The notes beneath the pieces were generated by a model that saw only the letters and a program-made list of their open reading frames with translations, was not told the DNA's origin and searched no databases. 64,000 nucleotides of DNA from Candidatus Nomurabacteria bacterium. Its GTDB lineage: Bacteria > Patescibacteriota > Minisyncoccia > Phycocordibacterales > UBA918. Below, piece after piece: positions 61,629-64,000 of the stretch (the first letter of the stretch is position 1; every line of letters begins with the position of its first letter). The stretch is from the NCBI GenBank assembly GCA_020632095.1, contig JACKGF010000001.1:541366-605365 (forward strand), in the 5' to 3' direction. Made by a program: the position numbers and the translations under genes.

Positions 61629-61707
61629 ATTCCGAACATAGCTACTCAGCAGTGCCACTGGCGTGACAGCTGATAGACCAGAGGTTCGTTCATTCCGGTC
61701 CTCTCGT

Positions 61708-62217
61708 CGTGAATACTAAATGCAATATTTAGCATCTTTCCCCTATTTCTAGGAGCACAGACTATATCTTCACCCGTCTAGTGGAATACTAGCGAGGGCG
61801 ATGGCATGTTACCCATAGCAGCTGTCATTTTCAAAGAAATGATTCCTCATACTATGAGTCCGCGCGTCTTTCAGCGCAAGTCGTTACGGGGTCAAACCCA
61901 AACGATGTAGCAGTGTCTCTTTGGTCAATACACGAGTATCTTGATAGAGGCAAATTGTTGCCATAAATCTTACGGCGCGAACTGTGTCGCGGCGTAATTT
62001 TACTTGCAACATAATGCTTCCGTCTCCATCAAGAAAACCCGCAATGTATGCTAAATCTGTTTTAAGTCGACTTCCCACGGTATTATCGTATCAGGTTTCC
62101 GGTCCTCAAGCGAGTTTAATTAACACTGGACCGTGGCTAATTAACCTCTAAAACCGGAGCTGACTTAGACTTCACCGTTATAAGCCATGTTGTCATCAGG
62201 GATCTCTCCCTGAAGTA
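61708..62217 (-). mobile_element. 23S intron carrying a degenerate LAGLIDADG homing-endonuclease ORF
   Basis: Insertion between the CCGGTCCTCTCGT and ACTAGGAACAAC exon blocks. ORF 61884-62078 has LAYIAGFLDGDGSIMLQV but only 64 aa. Confidence 0.45.
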
Positions 62218-62291
62218 GCAATTTCTTACTAGGAACAACTCTCCTCAAAATTCGACGCCTGCAGTAGATAGGAGACCAACCTGTCTCACGC

Positions 62292-62677
62292 ATCTTGTTA
62301 ACTTCAATTACTTGAAGGATCGGACTATAGCTTCTTCCAAAACCTTTGGAAGTCTGACGTGTAGTCTCTACGGGCATTTACAGATTTTAGGGGGATACAA
62401 CGAGAGATTGTAAGACAGCGGTCAGCTGTTCTCTCGTTGCAGAAGGATACTGGCATTTGACAGCCTATACATCCGACACCACTGGGTGTCGATAAAATCC
62501 TCCTAAAATCTGTAAAATTCCCTCGGTATCGCCCATTCTAATGAATTAGGGTTTTACCGATATTAGTCAGCTTCTCAAAACATATTACTATGCTTTGCCG
62601 CCGTGATGATGTCTTTGAGTGTCTCCACACTCTCCTCGGGTTTAGATTGGTTCAGGTTCCGATTACTTTTAATCAGG
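62292..62677 (-). mobile_element. ORF-less intron of about 386 nt in 23S domain V (after the ..CUGUCUCACG block)
   Basis: Exon blocks TGTCTCACG | insertion | ACGGTCTAAACCCAGCTCGCGTA by own comparison to the E. coli 23S consensus. Confidence 0.4.
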
Positions 62678-63003
62678 ACCTGAACGGTCTAAACCCAGCT
62701 CGCGTATCTTTTTAATTGGCGAACAGCCAAACCCTTGGGACCTGCTCCAGCCCCAGGATAAGATGAGCCGACATCGAGGTGCCGAACTGTACCGTCGCTA
62801 TGGACGCTTGGGTACAACTAGCCTGTTATCCCCAGGGTAACTTTTATCGGGTAATCTCCGGCGGCATCTAAAGCCAACCATCGGTTCACTATGCTCTACT
62901 TTCGTATCTGTTCGGAATCTACTCCTCACAGTCAAGCTGGTTTATGCCATTACACTATCAACACGGTTTCCATTCGCGTTTAACCAACCTTGAGACCCCT
63001 CCG

Positions 63004-63672
63004 TTATTTTTTGGGCGTTTCATTAACCAATTTTTTCCTCATTGAAGGAAATTTTTGTACCAATGGTGCAACTAATTCAGTAAACTTGCTTGCTGAATCT
63101 GCTCCGATGTACATTCTCCATGAATCATTACGTTGCGAATGCAACACTACCTTGATACCAAACAGATTTTTTAGTTTACTTTGCGTCATTTCAAGTTCTG
63201 TTTTGGTGTATCCAAGGGTATGAATGTTGTATGTCTTGTGCCTGGCAGATTTGCGCGAACCATCATCCATAAACCAAACTGCCAAACCTTGCGGTGTAAG
63301 CATTTTATGGATCATTGGCGGTATGCGTTTTTTACCATCAACATAAAACTGTTGACCATAAAAACGAAAGCTACCGACAGTTCGCGTGGTAAAACCAACG
63401 CTAATTCGTCCATCCTCGCGTACCCGCCGATATAATTCGGTCTGGTCACAAAGATTTTTGAATACTGAATACAACCATTCTGTATAATCTAATTGTTTTT
63501 CTGAATGCTCTACTTTTAATCGATATGTTCGACCGTTGTTTCGAGTTTCCAAATGACCATCACCTAACAATAAACCAACGATGATTTCTTGTTGTTCTTG
63601 GGTGAGTTTTGTGTCAATTAAATTATTCATGGGATTGGTTTTGCAATTACTTGCACTTGCTGTCGCCAACAA
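63004..63672 (-). CDS. LAGLIDADG homing endonuclease (double-motif), intron-encoded within 23S rRNA
   Basis: 222 aa with two LAGLIDADG motifs: IVGLLLGDGHLE and LAVWFMDDGS. Confidence 0.7.
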   Translation of the reverse strand: MLATASASNCKTNPMNNLIDTKLTQEQQEIIVGLLLGDGHLETRNNGRTYRLKVEHSEKQLDYTEWLYSVFKNLCDQTELYRRVREDGRISVGFTTRTVGSFRFYGQQFYVDGKKRIPPMIHKMLTPQGLAVWFMDDGSRKSARHKTYNIHTLGYTKTELEMTQSKLKNLFGIKVVLHSQRNDSWRMYIGADSASKFTELVAPLVQKFPSMRKKLVNETPKK

Positions 63673-64000
63673 GACTGGACTATGTCTCCAAATCAGTATT
63701 ACACATTAATTCTGATTTGTTTCAGCGTGTAGTCTCTGAGGGATCTTATAAATTTTACAAGACTTCCCTGCTCATTATCCGCACCGCGTAGATTTTTACC
63801 ATTGCTGGTACTAGCGGATACTCCGGACTTTTAAGCATATAGCTAAATGTCACTCTTCCTAAGAAGTATGCCCCCCGTTTTATTTGTTTTGAGCATGATG
63901 AGGTCTCAATCTCATTTCCGATATTCGCTCTGGAGGCGCCACGTTTGGCATTACCATCATTACTGATGACAACGCCAAGGGTAGCGCCCCACTAAAACTG

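Overview
Minus-strand-dominated 64 kb window from an AT-rich (about 40% GC) bacterial genome. Inference: the rRNA introns carrying LAGLIDADG ORFs, unlinked 16S and 23S-5S genes, many small secreted/membrane proteins, the type IV pilin, and the abundance of glycosyltransferases suggest a Candidate Phyla Radiation (Patescibacteria)-like organism. Main blocks, in order: (1) a glycan/cell-envelope cluster at 1-25 kb: five GT-B (GT1/GT4) glycosyltransferases, two NAD-dependent epimerase/dehydratases, a methyltransferase, a CE4-like deacetylase, a YvcK-like protein, a BrnT/BrnA toxin-antitoxin pair, a large secreted lipase-like protein, an LTD+PKD surface protein, a HerA/TraG-like P-loop ATPase with a perfect (NQ)n microsatellite, and a DacA-like carboxypeptidase. 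(2) Housekeeping genes rsmI, a Nudix hydrolase and metK (with a structured leader), then a REP-flanked RAYT (IS200-like tyrosine transposase), murC and murD. (3) tRNA-Ile next to a mosaic of tRNA-like fragments, an antisense pilin-like ORF, and a 16S rRNA gene with an ORF-less intron of about 790 nt at the decoding-centre region. (4) A GC-rich (55-58%) island of about 4.4 kb encoding four secreted proteins. (5) Two paralogous membrane proteins, pyrH, prephenate dehydrogenase-like, secDF, folD, a WbaP-like sugar transferase, a type IV pilin, another GT, FtsW/RodA and a vWA/secreted-protein cluster. (6) A 99-bp tandem repeat array, then 5S rRNA, tRNA-Pro, tRNA-Val and a partial 23S rRNA with at least two introns and LAGLIDADG homing endonuclease ORFs. 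Several dispersed small repeat families occur: REP palindromes, CCTAGG/CTTAGG hairpins, and a MITE-like motif of about 75 nt. No CRISPR array and no recognisable integrase were found.
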